Shown: one piece after another, positions 19,211 through 28,122 of the stretch
How the letters are laid out: each line of letters begins with the position of its first letter
How positions within the stretch are numbered: position 1 is the stretch's first letter
Sequence record: MH791411.1
Length of the DNA: 64,000 nucleotides
Source: Escherichia phage Ecwhy_1
Strand: one strand, 5' to 3'
Notes under the pieces: model-generated
What the model was told of the DNA's origin: nothing
Databases searched by the model: none
Seen by the model: the letters and a program-made list of their open reading frames with translations, nothing else
Position numbers and translations under genes: made by a program

Positions 19211-19948
19211 TTAGAAATATACCATACCCATCAATTCTGAATCTTCAGGGCGAGTATAGCCTTGTTTCTTAACTTTAAAGTAGAAGGATTCATTGTCTTC
19301 TAAATTATAACGTTTCTTCAAGCAACGGGTATATGTCTGGCAATTAGGATGAACCCATTCATATATATGAACACCATCTTCATTATAACCATTTATACTA
19401 CAACGGTTGCCTTCATGTTTCTTGTAGTTCTTGCTTTTCTCGGTAAATTCTTTTACAGCAGTAGTACTTGGTGATTTATATTCAAAAGGAACTTCAGTCA
19501 TACGGAAATAATAATATTGATCGTCTTCATCATATCCCAAGAGCACTGTGTTAGTTTCACGTACATTGTAATGATTCTTACTTTTCAATTCATTTTCATA
19601 TATATCTTGAAGTACTTCTGCAAATACTGTAGTACTGTCAGCATTTGGGTTGGATACACCTGATACTCTTCGTTCAATAATAAAATCAGTATATTTGCGG
19701 TCTTCTGCAATGTCTTCATTCATATAAAGACTAACGAACTTATCCTTGTACGTCTTTACACTGTATTGTTTACTTTGAACTTCGCTATATACATCTGCTA
19801 ACATATTCTCCTGACCGCACTGCACACCACTTACAGAATAAGCACATGCATGTTCAGCCATCACTGATGTTAACATTTGAAAATTTGCCATGTTTAATTC
19901 ATTCGCCATCTCTGTAGCGAAACGGATACGGTCAAGCACTTTACACAC
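19211..19948 (-). CDS. hypothetical protein
   Basis: 245 aa ORF. Confidence 0.5.
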   Translation of the reverse strand: MCKVLDRIRFATEMANELNMANFQMLTSVMAEHACAYSVSGVQCGQENMLADVYSEVQSKQYSVKTYKDKFVSLYMNEDIAEDRKYTDFIIERRVSGVSNPNADSTTVFAEVLQDIYENELKSKNHYNVRETNTVLLGYDEDDQYYYFRMTEVPFEYKSPSTTAVKEFTEKSKNYKKHEGNRCSINGYNEDGVHIYEWVHPNCQTYTRCLKKRYNLEDNESFYFKVKKQGYTRPEDSELMGMVYF

Positions 19949-19997
19949 TCCTTGTGTTAGTTATTGTTCCTCATCCAATATTATATCACTACTTGAG

Positions 19998-20282
19998 CTA
20001 TTGTCCCGCTTTGTAACAATAAAGATTCTCAAATTTAAAGTTCTCTATATCACATTCCTCACGAACTCGGTTCTTGTTCCAGAACAGAATACGAATCCTT
20101 TCATAATCACGATAAACACTAATAATACTTTTGTGTTTAGATTTGTAGTACTGCTGTATAACCTGAAGAGTTATATCCCTCAACTTGGACTTAATTGGGT
20201 AAGACAAATCATTACTAGTTGTTATGGCATAAACCATCTTCATTGTTTCAGCAACAAGTACTTCATTCGATTTATTTGCCAT
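19998..20282 (-). CDS. hypothetical protein
   Basis: Track ORF (GTG at 20300) trimmed to ATG 20280-20282 (MANKSNEV) with AAGGA RBS. Confidence 0.45.
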   Translation of the reverse strand: MANKSNEVLVAETMKMVYAITTSNDLSYPIKSKLRDITLQVIQQYYKSKHKSIISVYRDYERIRILFWNKNRVREECDIENFKFENLYCYKAGQ

Positions 20283-20445
20283 TAAAATCCTTACAAACAC
20301 TATGTAAAGTAAATCCTAAACCAACACCTACGAATGGGAATAGTAAATTAATGTACCAGACATTCATTGTCGAAAGGAAACAAATCCCACTTACTGTCAG
20401 TACTGCTAGTGAGAAAAGACTCCAGATAAAAAATAATGCTCTCAT
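20272..20445 (-). CDS. small two-helix membrane protein (below track size cut-off)
   Basis: Hand-translated 57 aa MRALFFIWSLFSLAVLTVSG...; ATGA overlap with upstream stop; GAGGT upstream. Confidence 0.3.
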   Translation of the reverse strand: MRALFFIWSLFSLAVLTVSGICFLSTMNVWYINLLFPFVGVGLGFTLHSVCKDFNGK

Positions 20446-20732
20446 AAAAATGTTACCTCGTTAGATGGGTAGTTACGATATATTTGTGAATTATGTTCCA
20501 CACCATGAATTGTTATATGCCCGTTGTAGAAAAAAGTAATATCTACAACTTTGAGTTCTTTACGTTTTTTAGTACTGAAATATCTACCCACTAACGCAGC
20601 ATATATATAATCCCTGTACTCTTGAGTAATGAATTTATACATATTATGATTTGCACTACACTTTTCATCATAAGTATTAGTATATTCTTTCATCAGTATA
20701 GCATATGTTTTTTGTATCAATATAATATTCAT
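20442..20732 (-). CDS. hypothetical protein
   Basis: 96 aa ORF. Confidence 0.45.
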   Translation of the reverse strand: MNIILIQKTYAILMKEYTNTYDEKCSANHNMYKFITQEYRDYIYAALVGRYFSTKKRKELKVVDITFFYNGHITIHGVEHNSQIYRNYPSNEVTFL

Positions 20733-21115
20733 CTATAGTTTAATATTGAAATGGGTAGACTATATATATGTACGTAAAGTTTATCAACTCTTTCCATATT
20801 CACTTTTAAAGTACTTCCAAGACGACTGATGCTATCTATGCGATAAAGCACGTCATTCAGCATCATTACGGTATCGGTGTAATCTTCACTAAGAGATTCA
20901 ATGTAGATATCTTCAAGTTTCACATCCGTGCGTGGGATATCTAAATCCCTCAATAAACGCAGTGTTTGCACGATCAGTTCAGCTTTAGTCATGGATACGC
21001 TCACAATTAAGGCAATAAATGCACTCAATGTCAGGTCGCCATGATTTATCAAAATCTTTGTGCTGTTCTTCAGTGTATTCCGAATCATCATTGATGGGAA
21101 AGAAATCACCAGCAC
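20729..21115 (-). CDS. hypothetical protein (start uncertain, possibly ATG at 20992)
   Basis: 128 aa ORF; 5' part overlaps zinc-ribbon ORF in another frame. Confidence 0.4.
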   Translation of the reverse strand: MLVISFPSMMIRNTLKNSTKILINHGDLTLSAFIALIVSVSMTKAELIVQTLRLLRDLDIPRTDVKLEDIYIESLSEDYTDTVMMLNDVLYRIDSISRLGSTLKVNMERVDKLYVHIYSLPISILNYR

Positions 21116-21185
21116 CAGTGGCCCAGTCTGAATCTAAACGGAAACGAGCTAATTGAGTACTGTTGCAATATGGACATTTATTCAA
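20985..21185 (-). CDS. zinc-ribbon protein
   Basis: 66 aa; C-P-Y-C ... C-I-Y-C-L-N-C. Confidence 0.35.
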   Translation of the reverse strand: MNKCPYCNSTQLARFRLDSDWATGAGDFFPINDDSEYTEEQHKDFDKSWRPDIECIYCLNCERIHD

Positions 21186-21462
21186 AATTTATTCCTTCTA
21201 ACTGATATACGTTTAATGAAAATGACCCACTATTATTATCGCATCTGAAACACAGTGTTAAAGAACCATTAAAACTAACAACATCAGTACATATACATTT
21301 TTCACCATTGGATATGATAGATTTTCCTATATATAAATCTCTTACTATAGTACGGTAATGTTGCCATAAAAAATAATACACACTTTCATAGTACTCATCT
21401 TTTACATATGACAAGTATAAGAATTTATAAAATACTTGTATTTCCTTTAAGTTGTTTTTCAT
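21178..21462 (-). CDS. family C paralog
   Basis: 94 aa; N-term M-K-N-N-L-K-E-I-Q-V-F-Y-K-F-L-Y; one of five tandem paralogs. Confidence 0.5.
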   Translation of the reverse strand: MKNNLKEIQVFYKFLYLSYVKDEYYESVYYFLWQHYRTIVRDLYIGKSIISNGEKCICTDVVSFNGSLTLCFRCDNNSGSFSLNVYQLEGINFE

Positions 21463-21736
21463 TCTCCAACTCCAGTAAATTTACACCAATCCAATCAACA
21501 TCACTATCAGTACTTAATTCCAATCGTAGCTTACCGCTATGACTAACAATATCGCGGAATTTGTATATTTTATTATCACGAACTATACACAAATCATGGT
21601 AATATTCATGTAATTCATCCAAAAACTTTATCCATACCGAACGATAGATTTCACCGTAGAGATATTCTCCAGCATCAACCGTAGCGTATTGGATATACAA
21701 AAATTTGTATGTGAATTGTATATCATTAAGATTCAT
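21425..21736 (-). CDS. family C paralog
   Basis: 103 aa; N-term M-N-L-N-D-I-Q-F-T-Y-K-F-L-Y. Confidence 0.5.
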   Translation of the reverse strand: MNLNDIQFTYKFLYIQYATVDAGEYLYGEIYRSVWIKFLDELHEYYHDLCIVRDNKIYKFRDIVSHSGKLRLELSTDSDVDWIGVNLLELENEKQLKGNTSIL

Positions 21737-21746
21737 ATGTCAATCC

Positions 21747-22058
21747 TTATAGGTCCGTTAACTTCAAAACTTTGATCTCCATAAATTCCCTATCAGTTTT
21801 TTCAAGAAATTCTACATGGATAATACCTTGATAAGATTTGACACCTGAATATTCGAATATATCATCTCCATCAGTGTAAGTACTGTAATTCTTTTTTATA
21901 TATTCAGCAATAGAATCTAAGTAATCATAGTAATTATGAATAAATGGTGATTCTTTTGATTCTACATGTTCACCAATCTTCCCACTAAAAAGATACATGT
22001 CATACAAACCGTATATATTTTTATATGTGAATTGAACATCATTCAAATTTAATTTCAA
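21747..22058 (-). CDS. family C paralog
   Basis: 103 aa; N-term M-K-L-N-L-N-D-V-Q-F-T-Y-K. Confidence 0.5.
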   Translation of the reverse strand: MKLNLNDVQFTYKNIYGLYDMYLFSGKIGEHVESKESPFIHNYYDYLDSIAEYIKKNYSTYTDGDDIFEYSGVKSYQGIIHVEFLEKTDREFMEIKVLKLTDL

Positions 22059-22315
22059 GGGAATATCTCCAGAGGAACACTCGTAAATCCAAAATCTGTG
22101 AAGAACTGTACCTCAACTTTACCATCGAGCTTAATGATTATATCTGAAAATTCTGCATGATCGTTATTAATAATTACAGTACTGAATTTTTCTTTAATCC
22201 TCTCACGCACAGTATTAATCATTTCATTACATGTATCTTCTAAAAATATACTATTATTTTTATTTGCTAGGTCACGAATGCACTTGAATGTTAATTGGAA
22301 ATCTTTATAATTCAT
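22055..22315 (-). CDS. family C paralog
   Basis: 86 aa; N-term M-N-Y-K-D-F-Q-L-T-F-K. Confidence 0.5.
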   Translation of the reverse strand: MNYKDFQLTFKCIRDLANKNNSIFLEDTCNEMINTVRERIKEKFSTVIINNDHAEFSDIIIKLDGKVEVQFFTDFGFTSVPLEIFP

Positions 22316-22581
22316 ATATTCACCAAATCCACAGAGAATAGGTCGTTATCAAATTTATATGAAAGTACTAATCTACCACCGAAACTATCTACTCTAAGTA
22401 TCTTTCGTTTTTTTCCATTAATGACAATTTCAGTATTAACAAAATACTCACGTAATTCTTCTAGATAATTTGACCATATTTTATGGGTAAACGCATTTTT
22501 ATTAATTGTGTTAGTACTTCGGTGATTGTGGTGTAATTTAAATAATTCCATATAAGTGAATTGTATATGTTTGTAATTCAT
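22312..22581 (-). CDS. family C paralog
   Basis: 89 aa; N-term M-N-Y-K-H-I-Q-F-T-Y-M; AAGGGGAAAT RBS. Confidence 0.5.
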   Translation of the reverse strand: MNYKHIQFTYMELFKLHHNHRSTNTINKNAFTHKIWSNYLEELREYFVNTEIVINGKKRKILRVDSFGGRLVLSYKFDNDLFSVDLVNI

Positions 22582-22591
22582 ATTTCCCCTT

Positions 22592-22620
22592 ACAAAAATA
22601 GCCCGAACTTATGTCGGGCT
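22592..22620 (-). terminator. intrinsic terminator
   Basis: Minus-strand hairpin AGCCCGA-cataagt-TCGGGCT followed by ATTTTTGT; just after stop of 22628..23287. Confidence 0.4.
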
Positions 22621-22627
22621 ATATGTA

Positions 22628-23287
22628 TTATTCATCGTCATCATCGTCGTCGAGATCTAGGTAAATGTCACTATCACCATCATCGAAGTACTCAACCACT
22701 ACACCAGGAATGTTCAGTGCTGTGAACATCGCATCATATTTTTCATCAGATGGGATAAGAACAAACTCATCAATGCTTTGAATTTCAGGCATACGATCTT
22801 CAGGAATACCCATTTGCAATAAGGATTGGATGATTTTTTCTTTGTATTCTTGGAACTTCTCTTCTGATTCAAAATCCATAATAAGTTGTGCTACATAACC
22901 ATCTTCGTTACCAAATGCGATTGACATTTGTGCATCAGTACCGACATATGACCATGTACGCTTGCCAGTATTTTTCTCAATGAAGTTCTGAATTTCAAGA
23001 ACGATTTCATGACGAGAACTATTGGCAATGTTGTTAAGGTTAGCAACACCAGCAATAATTTCTGAACTGTCATTGGATTCTTCGAATGTGCCATAGTCAC
23101 CTAATACATATTGAACACCATCACAATGTAATGCATATGCATAATCCAAATCAGCAAGTGAATCACACTTACCACGGATTGGGCGTAGGGAAAGCCCTAG
23201 GCGAAGATAACGAAAATATGTATTAGTATTTGTATTTGTCAACGTAATGCTCCTTAACAATATAAAAGTAGTTGCTGTTGTTGTCAA
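22628..23287 (-). CDS. hypothetical protein with poly-Asp C-terminus (start uncertain)
   Basis: 219 aa ORF; N-terminal 40 aa low-complexity and probably not translated; C-term DLDDDDDDE. Confidence 0.4.
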   Translation of the reverse strand: MTTTATTFILLRSITLTNTNTNTYFRYLRLGLSLRPIRGKCDSLADLDYAYALHCDGVQYVLGDYGTFEESNDSSEIIAGVANLNNIANSSRHEIVLEIQNFIEKNTGKRTWSYVGTDAQMSIAFGNEDGYVAQLIMDFESEEKFQEYKEKIIQSLLQMGIPEDRMPEIQSIDEFVLIPSDEKYDAMFTALNIPGVVVEYFDDGDSDIYLDLDDDDDDE

Positions 23288-23531
23288 AAAAGATGACTAA
23301 TCCTTTGTAGACATTTACACCAATCTTGATTTGGCATATTTTATTCGATTTACAAGCCTCAGTCAATAACATTTTGTGCTCTTTACTGAAAGTGTGGAAG
23401 AGTGGTTTTACATGCCACATCTCCACACCATCTAGTACTGGAAAATGTTCACTGAATTTGATCATTGATTCTTGCAAAAAATAACCTGTTAGATTTGAAT
23501 CATCAGACATGTAAGTTCGCCAGGAAGTCAA
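23223..23531 (-). CDS. hypothetical protein
   Basis: 102 aa ORF. Confidence 0.4.
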   Translation of the reverse strand: MTSWRTYMSDDSNLTGYFLQESMIKFSEHFPVLDGVEMWHVKPLFHTFSKEHKMLLTEACKSNKICQIKIGVNVYKGLVIFFDNNSNYFYIVKEHYVDKYKY

Positions 23532-23796
23532 TTACTTCGTCATGTGTTAACTTATCACTACGCTCTAGAACATTGATGATGAATGGTGTTTGACTATATA
23601 ATTCAGCCAGAAACGCAACTTCATCAGATGTATAAGAATATCCCATAGGAACAACTTGTGCAGTCCAGTTTCCTAAAGTTTTGTTTGCAATGATTGCAAC
23701 CACCGTATTACCTTTGAATTCAACATGGATTGAACGGAAACCCGAATCCTCATTCTGATCCCAAAGTACTGGGTTAGTTTTAAACAGTACTGACAT
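23503..23796 (-). CDS. hypothetical protein
   Basis: 97 aa ORF. Confidence 0.45.
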   Translation of the reverse strand: MSVLFKTNPVLWDQNEDSGFRSIHVEFKGNTVVAIIANKTLGNWTAQVVPMGYSYTSDEVAFLAELYSQTPFIINVLERSDKLTHDEVIDFLANLHV

Positions 23797-23798
23797 AG

Positions 23799-24332
23799 TT
23801 ATTTCCTCATGTATTTTATTACATCTTCAAATAGTTTAGTTTTCAGTGCATCATCATTACCAGGTAGAAAAGTACTGAAGCTATTAAAATCTTCATTCTT
23901 GGCAAACTCACGCATCTGTGTGGAACTGTAGCGACTTATATTTCGGTCAATTCCAGCTTGAACTGCCTTGATTGAACAAAAATTATATAACTTCCCATTG
24001 TACGTGTCAAGTGTTTTTTGGAATGGTTCAAGTCTATCTGAACCACATATGAAAAGAACATCTAAGTACTTTCCATCCAGTTCTCTCATTATATCAAACA
24101 GATTATCTTCTGTATAGATATTTTCTTGTACAGATGGGTAAAATCCTTCTGTATAGTACATTTTCAGTTCAGGAGGTAATGGGTTTTTGATGGCATCAGT
24201 ACTGGTACTAAGGAATATTTTCAAATCAGCATTGTACTGTTCTTGTAGTGCTTGAGCTTTTTCAAACACTAAACCATGACCTCGATGTACAGGGTTAATT
24301 CTTCCGAATGTCACTACGCATGTTTCTTTCAT
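23799..24332 (-). CDS. HxGH-motif nucleotidyltransferase (cytidylyltransferase-like; possibly NMN adenylyltransferase type)
   Basis: 177 aa; N-terminal T-F-G-R-I-N-P-V-H-R-G-H. Confidence 0.65.
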   Translation of the reverse strand: MKETCVVTFGRINPVHRGHGLVFEKAQALQEQYNADLKIFLSTSTDAIKNPLPPELKMYYTEGFYPSVQENIYTEDNLFDIMRELDGKYLDVLFICGSDRLEPFQKTLDTYNGKLYNFCSIKAVQAGIDRNISRYSSTQMREFAKNEDFNSFSTFLPGNDDALKTKLFEDVIKYMRK

Positions 24333-24853
24333 ATGTTCTTCATCACCTGACCAATAGATTTAAGATGGTTGATTTTAGCTGGAGTCAAATACTTATCCAG
24401 TACTATTAAACAACTAGGGAATGGAGCACTGTCAGTCTTTTTATCTGGTTCTTCAGGGATACCGAACTTTAAGCGACCTTTTATAAAACAAATACAATCA
24501 CAAACTTTCGCAGCATAATCCTGAAAGGCTATAGTATCAGTTCTTGATGGTACGAGAATCAGTACTGTAGCACCTTTGTTATATGCATCAACTGCCTTAG
24601 ATAACCACGTTTTCAAATCACTGTACGGTGGGTTGAGCCACACGATATTGTTTCCCCAGTCCTGTTCAAGTGAATTGTCTTCTGGTGTAAAGAAATTATC
24701 ACACAATGCTGTTTCTTTAACACATGCTGCATCTAGTGTAAATCCCCAGAGTTCATCCAAATCTTCAAAGAAATCCTTTGGAGTAGTCCAGTTATCTTTC
24801 CCAGTACTGAAATGTACTGATTGTTTTTTCTTCGAAGCATCCTTCTTCGACAT
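24329..24853 (-). CDS. phage Dam-type DNA N6-adenine methyltransferase
   Basis: 174 aa; D-N-W-T-T-P-K-D-F-F and W-L-N-P-P-Y-S catalytic motif. Confidence 0.8.
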   Translation of the reverse strand: MSKKDASKKKQSVHFSTGKDNWTTPKDFFEDLDELWGFTLDAACVKETALCDNFFTPEDNSLEQDWGNNIVWLNPPYSDLKTWLSKAVDAYNKGATVLILVPSRTDTIAFQDYAAKVCDCICFIKGRLKFGIPEEPDKKTDSAPFPSCLIVLDKYLTPAKINHLKSIGQVMKNI

Positions 24854-24869
24854 ACATAATTTCCTTTGA

Positions 24870-25415
24870 TTATAGACAGTTAAGTACTATGTCATCAAAA
24901 GTACTACTGTCAATGTTGTATTCATATAAAAATTTAAAATGTGATCCATAACGCATCATCAGATTAAACTCTTCTTCAGTATTAAATTTGTAATCATGAA
25001 GAGTTTCAAGGGTACATGTTAAACCTAAAAACTCAATAATTTCTGATGTTACATCATTTCCTGAATTGAAGTATTTAACCCAAACACATTTTCCTTGTGG
25101 GTTGAATTTTCTATATTCTCCTTCTAGTTCTCCATTGACGATATGTGCTTTCGCACTGATTAGATTATTACTATAACGCTCTTCGTAGTAGTTCCCATAA
25201 CGAGCTTTAAGAATTGTAGGCTTCTTGGTTGGGAATAACTTAATGGAAGTTAATTCAAAACCGCACTGCAACTCTTTGATGTACGAAATACATCCCTTTT
25301 CTTTAATCACAACAAAACCAGTAAAATTCTCTTGGTCTTGGTTCTGATTGTCTGAATCAACAAATTCTAGTGTTTTATAAGTGACGCTTTTAGATTTTTT
25401 AATAAATGACATCAT
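24870..25415 (-). CDS. hypothetical protein (family-A-like TEEEFNLMMRYG segment)
   Basis: 181 aa ORF. Confidence 0.5.
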   Translation of the reverse strand: MMSFIKKSKSVTYKTLEFVDSDNQNQDQENFTGFVVIKEKGCISYIKELQCGFELTSIKLFPTKKPTILKARYGNYYEERYSNNLISAKAHIVNGELEGEYRKFNPQGKCVWVKYFNSGNDVTSEIIEFLGLTCTLETLHDYKFNTEEEFNLMMRYGSHFKFLYEYNIDSSTFDDIVLNCL

Positions 25416-26097
25416 TATTCCTATGGAAACATCAATGACTGTACATGGCGTTGACTACATCAACACCAGTCGAATTATACACGCTTCGCATGTCTAATTC
25501 GACGAAAGTACTATGATTTGTTTTAATTAATATTGACGGGGTTTGCTTGAGCATATTTCATCCCCCCCGCAGGGGAAAGAACAAAAAAAGTTTGACGCTG
25601 GTGGCCTTCACATAGTTCATATCACGAATTCTCTTACGAGGCGAAAGCGGGTTGCTCTGTTTCTCTCTATCGCGGTTCTTGTAGCAACGGTCGTCGGTCT
25701 TAAACATCCCGACACATAATACAAATACCATATGACCAGTACTTGTATTTGATTTCACGAATTTTGGACGCAACTATATTGTATAAATTACGACCGCAAA
25801 TTTCTCATGAAATCTCCCTTAGATAATTGGTAAGGTGCGATCCTTATATGTCTATCGAGGAACTCTCTTTATCCTATTGGAGTTCTTTATACAGCCGCAT
25901 TGCCGTGAGTGGTTCAAACTATGCCATCATCTAACGGGTTTCATTTGCTGTTCGTACTGAAAGGACTACTCATCTACCCTCTACTTTTCGAGTGGATTAG
26001 GCTTTAATCATTTCCATATGGAACCTTTCAGGATTAAAAAAAGGCGACAACATATTCTGCTGTCACCTTACATTATATCATAAACTTATGGTATGTC
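25416..26097. other. ORF-free island, apparently G+C-richer than flanks; candidate structured RNA / regulatory region
   Basis: About 680 bp with no credible ORF on either strand; 9-bp inverted repeat 25469-25477/25495-25503; direct repeat TCACGAATT at 25622 and 25755; runs such as tcccccccgcagggg. Confidence 0.4.
26034..26067 (-). terminator. intrinsic terminator
   Basis: Minus-strand hairpin GGTGACA-n11-TGTCGCC (one G-U) followed by TTTTTTTAA; directly after stop of 26098..26946. Confidence 0.5.
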
Positions 26098-26946
26098 TCA
26101 GTTGTATTCTGTTTTTTCAGTGAAATTAGTTAAGATATCTGCACTTAAGCTTCTCATAACCTCAATCTTACTTGGCATGAACCTGTGCTTGTTTTTTACA
26201 TACAACTCATCATCTTCAATGAAAGATGTGAACATGAATACCATATCTTCACGTGGAATTGAGAGAATATTACAGTTTTCATTTTCAGCAACAGGGGAAT
26301 CATTGTAGTACTTAGAGAATGCAGTACTTTGACGACCGATTATGATAGAATTTCGGATTAGAAAATTACTACAGTACTGAAAATCTTTGTAGTACTTGTC
26401 AAGGATATATGGCATTATCGCTTCTTTCACTTCTTCATATCCATTGGTACTATCAATTTCAGTACAATAATCTTCTCGGTCTTTTTTCCCTCGATGATTA
26501 TCAAACTCGTACTCAAAGAATAAATTTTTATTTAATGAATCATTTGAACCAACTGATCCACTATAGTATGATTTTCTATCATTCATTCGATCATCCGGGC
26601 ATGATGCATACATAGAAATGTCATGTGTTGACGTACCGATATAAATTTTCTTAGTAATGTGATTGTACGCGATGTAATCATAATCTTGTACTCCAGTTAG
26701 CATTAACTGGAACATCAATTCATCAGGAACATCAATTAACGGGTACTCAAACTTCGAATATCTACTACGACAGAAATTCTTTTCAAATGCTCGATATGCG
26801 ATGAAATCTTTTAGGTTTGTAATAGATTCATGCTCATGTGTACTACTGGTGCGTACATTGACATTAGTAGACGAGCAATACCCTTCAGATTCTTCTGCGT
26901 AGTCATAATAACCCTTACTGTAGTCAACGATTAGATAAAGTTTCAT
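26098..26946 (-). CDS. hypothetical protein (282 aa)
   Basis: Long ORF; no motif recognised. Confidence 0.55.
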   Translation of the reverse strand: MKLYLIVDYSKGYYDYAEESEGYCSSTNVNVRTSSTHEHESITNLKDFIAYRAFEKNFCRSRYSKFEYPLIDVPDELMFQLMLTGVQDYDYIAYNHITKKIYIGTSTHDISMYASCPDDRMNDRKSYYSGSVGSNDSLNKNLFFEYEFDNHRGKKDREDYCTEIDSTNGYEEVKEAIMPYILDKYYKDFQYCSNFLIRNSIIIGRQSTAFSKYYNDSPVAENENCNILSIPREDMVFMFTSFIEDDELYVKNKHRFMPSKIEVMRSLSADILTNFTEKTEYN

Positions 26947-26997
26947 ATATCTCCAGACAAAAAAAAGACGAGATATTATATCCCGTCCTTTGGTTTA

Positions 26998-27303
26998 TTA
27001 GTGGCTTGCCCAGCAGTAAACAGGACGTAGATTTTCCATTGGGTTTACTTCAGGCTTCAGTACTGTAACACGAACTTCATACGGAGTACCATCTGCATGA
27101 TGGAACGTTTCGTAATGAATACTCTCAATGAAGGTTTCATATTCTTCTTGAGAACGTGAACGAACTGATGGGGAATATTTCTTTTTGGTATCTGATTTTA
27201 GTGTAACACTTACTAGTTCTGATTCTTCACCATTTTCAAGTTTATTGAAATCGAACTCTGGTACACCTTCAAACATATCAAATTTCATTCCGTTGTCTTC
27301 CAT
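26998..27303 (-). CDS. hypothetical protein
   Basis: 101 aa ORF. Confidence 0.5.
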   Translation of the reverse strand: MEDNGMKFDMFEGVPEFDFNKLENGEESELVSVTLKSDTKKKYSPSVRSRSQEEYETFIESIHYETFHHADGTPYEVRVTVLKPEVNPMENLRPVYCWASH

Positions 27304-27354
27304 TTTAAATTCCTTTTTATATAATGTTAGTTAGATAGTTTTTAATAAATCAGA

Positions 27355-27741
27355 TTAGATTACGTCATACGGTAGAGTACCGTGACGGAATTTATCAAGT
27401 TGTGCTAGAACTTCTTTACGTTCGATAATCTCTGGCACATCTTCTTGCAGTTGGTCACATACTTCAACGATGAAATCCCAATCGCTCTCACAACTCACAC
27501 GTACTGCTTCAATTGTTTTCCAATCAGCACTAATTTCACCTTCAGGATTTACATACGAAGGCCATACCTTTCCATAGTCTTGTACTGATTTGTCGTTAAG
27601 AACACGAATAGCATTGAAAATCTGTCCAGTACTGAAGTGTTTAGTATTCTTCATGTCTTCTAAGCAACATAGCTTAGGTTCACCCTGGACTTCAATCAGA
27701 AGTACACCACCAATAGCTTTTAGAACAGAACTTGTATTCAT
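27355..27741 (-). CDS. hypothetical protein
   Basis: 128 aa ORF. Confidence 0.5.
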   Translation of the reverse strand: MNTSSVLKAIGGVLLIEVQGEPKLCCLEDMKNTKHFSTGQIFNAIRVLNDKSVQDYGKVWPSYVNPEGEISADWKTIEAVRVSCESDWDFIVEVCDQLQEDVPEIIERKEVLAQLDKFRHGTLPYDVI

Positions 27742-27812
27742 CTATATCTCCATTTATCAAAAAAAGATGTGAACATTATATCACAAGGAATTGTCATGTC
27801 CACAATATTTTA

Positions 27813-28106
27813 TCAAATAGTCAAACTTTCGTGCCAGTTATTGAAATCGTTAATAGCCAGCATAAACATATTCTCATCATTAAATTCTAGAATATGTTCA
27901 TTGTATAAGTAGCTAATGTACTTATTACTACAGTGTTTGCTATTCATAATTAGCATTTCAACTGCACGTTCATACGAACATGGGCTGAGATACAATTTTG
28001 TTCCATCAGGATGCTCAATCTCCACTGCACCAGGTGGAATAAAACGTTCACCAGTATAAGGGATATACGGCTCTGTTTTGAAAATAAGTTTGAATTTAGT
28101 ATCCAT
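27813..28106 (-). CDS. hypothetical protein
   Basis: 97 aa ORF. Confidence 0.5.
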   Translation of the reverse strand: MDTKFKLIFKTEPYIPYTGERFIPPGAVEIEHPDGTKLYLSPCSYERAVEMLIMNSKHCSNKYISYLYNEHILEFNDENMFMLAINDFNNWHESLTI

Positions 28107-28122
28107 ACCAAATCCTCCATAA

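Noticed and set aside
22997-23287. N-terminal 40 residues of ORF 22628..23287 (MTTTATTFILLRSITLTNTNTNTYFRY...)
   Set aside because: Low-complexity and overlapping the upstream gene by 65 nt; probably not translated. The true start is likely internal, but I could not pick a convincing ATG/GTG with RBS.
25558-25773. Track ORF 25558..25773 (71 aa) inside the ORF-free island
   Set aside because: No RBS, and it overlaps the G/C-rich structured segment; the translation looks like a chance ORF. Treated as non-coding.
25416-26097. tRNA gene(s) in the ORF-free island
   Set aside because: I looked on both strands for a T-loop (GTTCRANYC) flanked by a complementary 5-bp stem and a 7-bp acceptor pairing and found none. 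GGTTCAAACT at about 25901 lacks a matching stem. A covariance scan could still find a non-canonical RNA.
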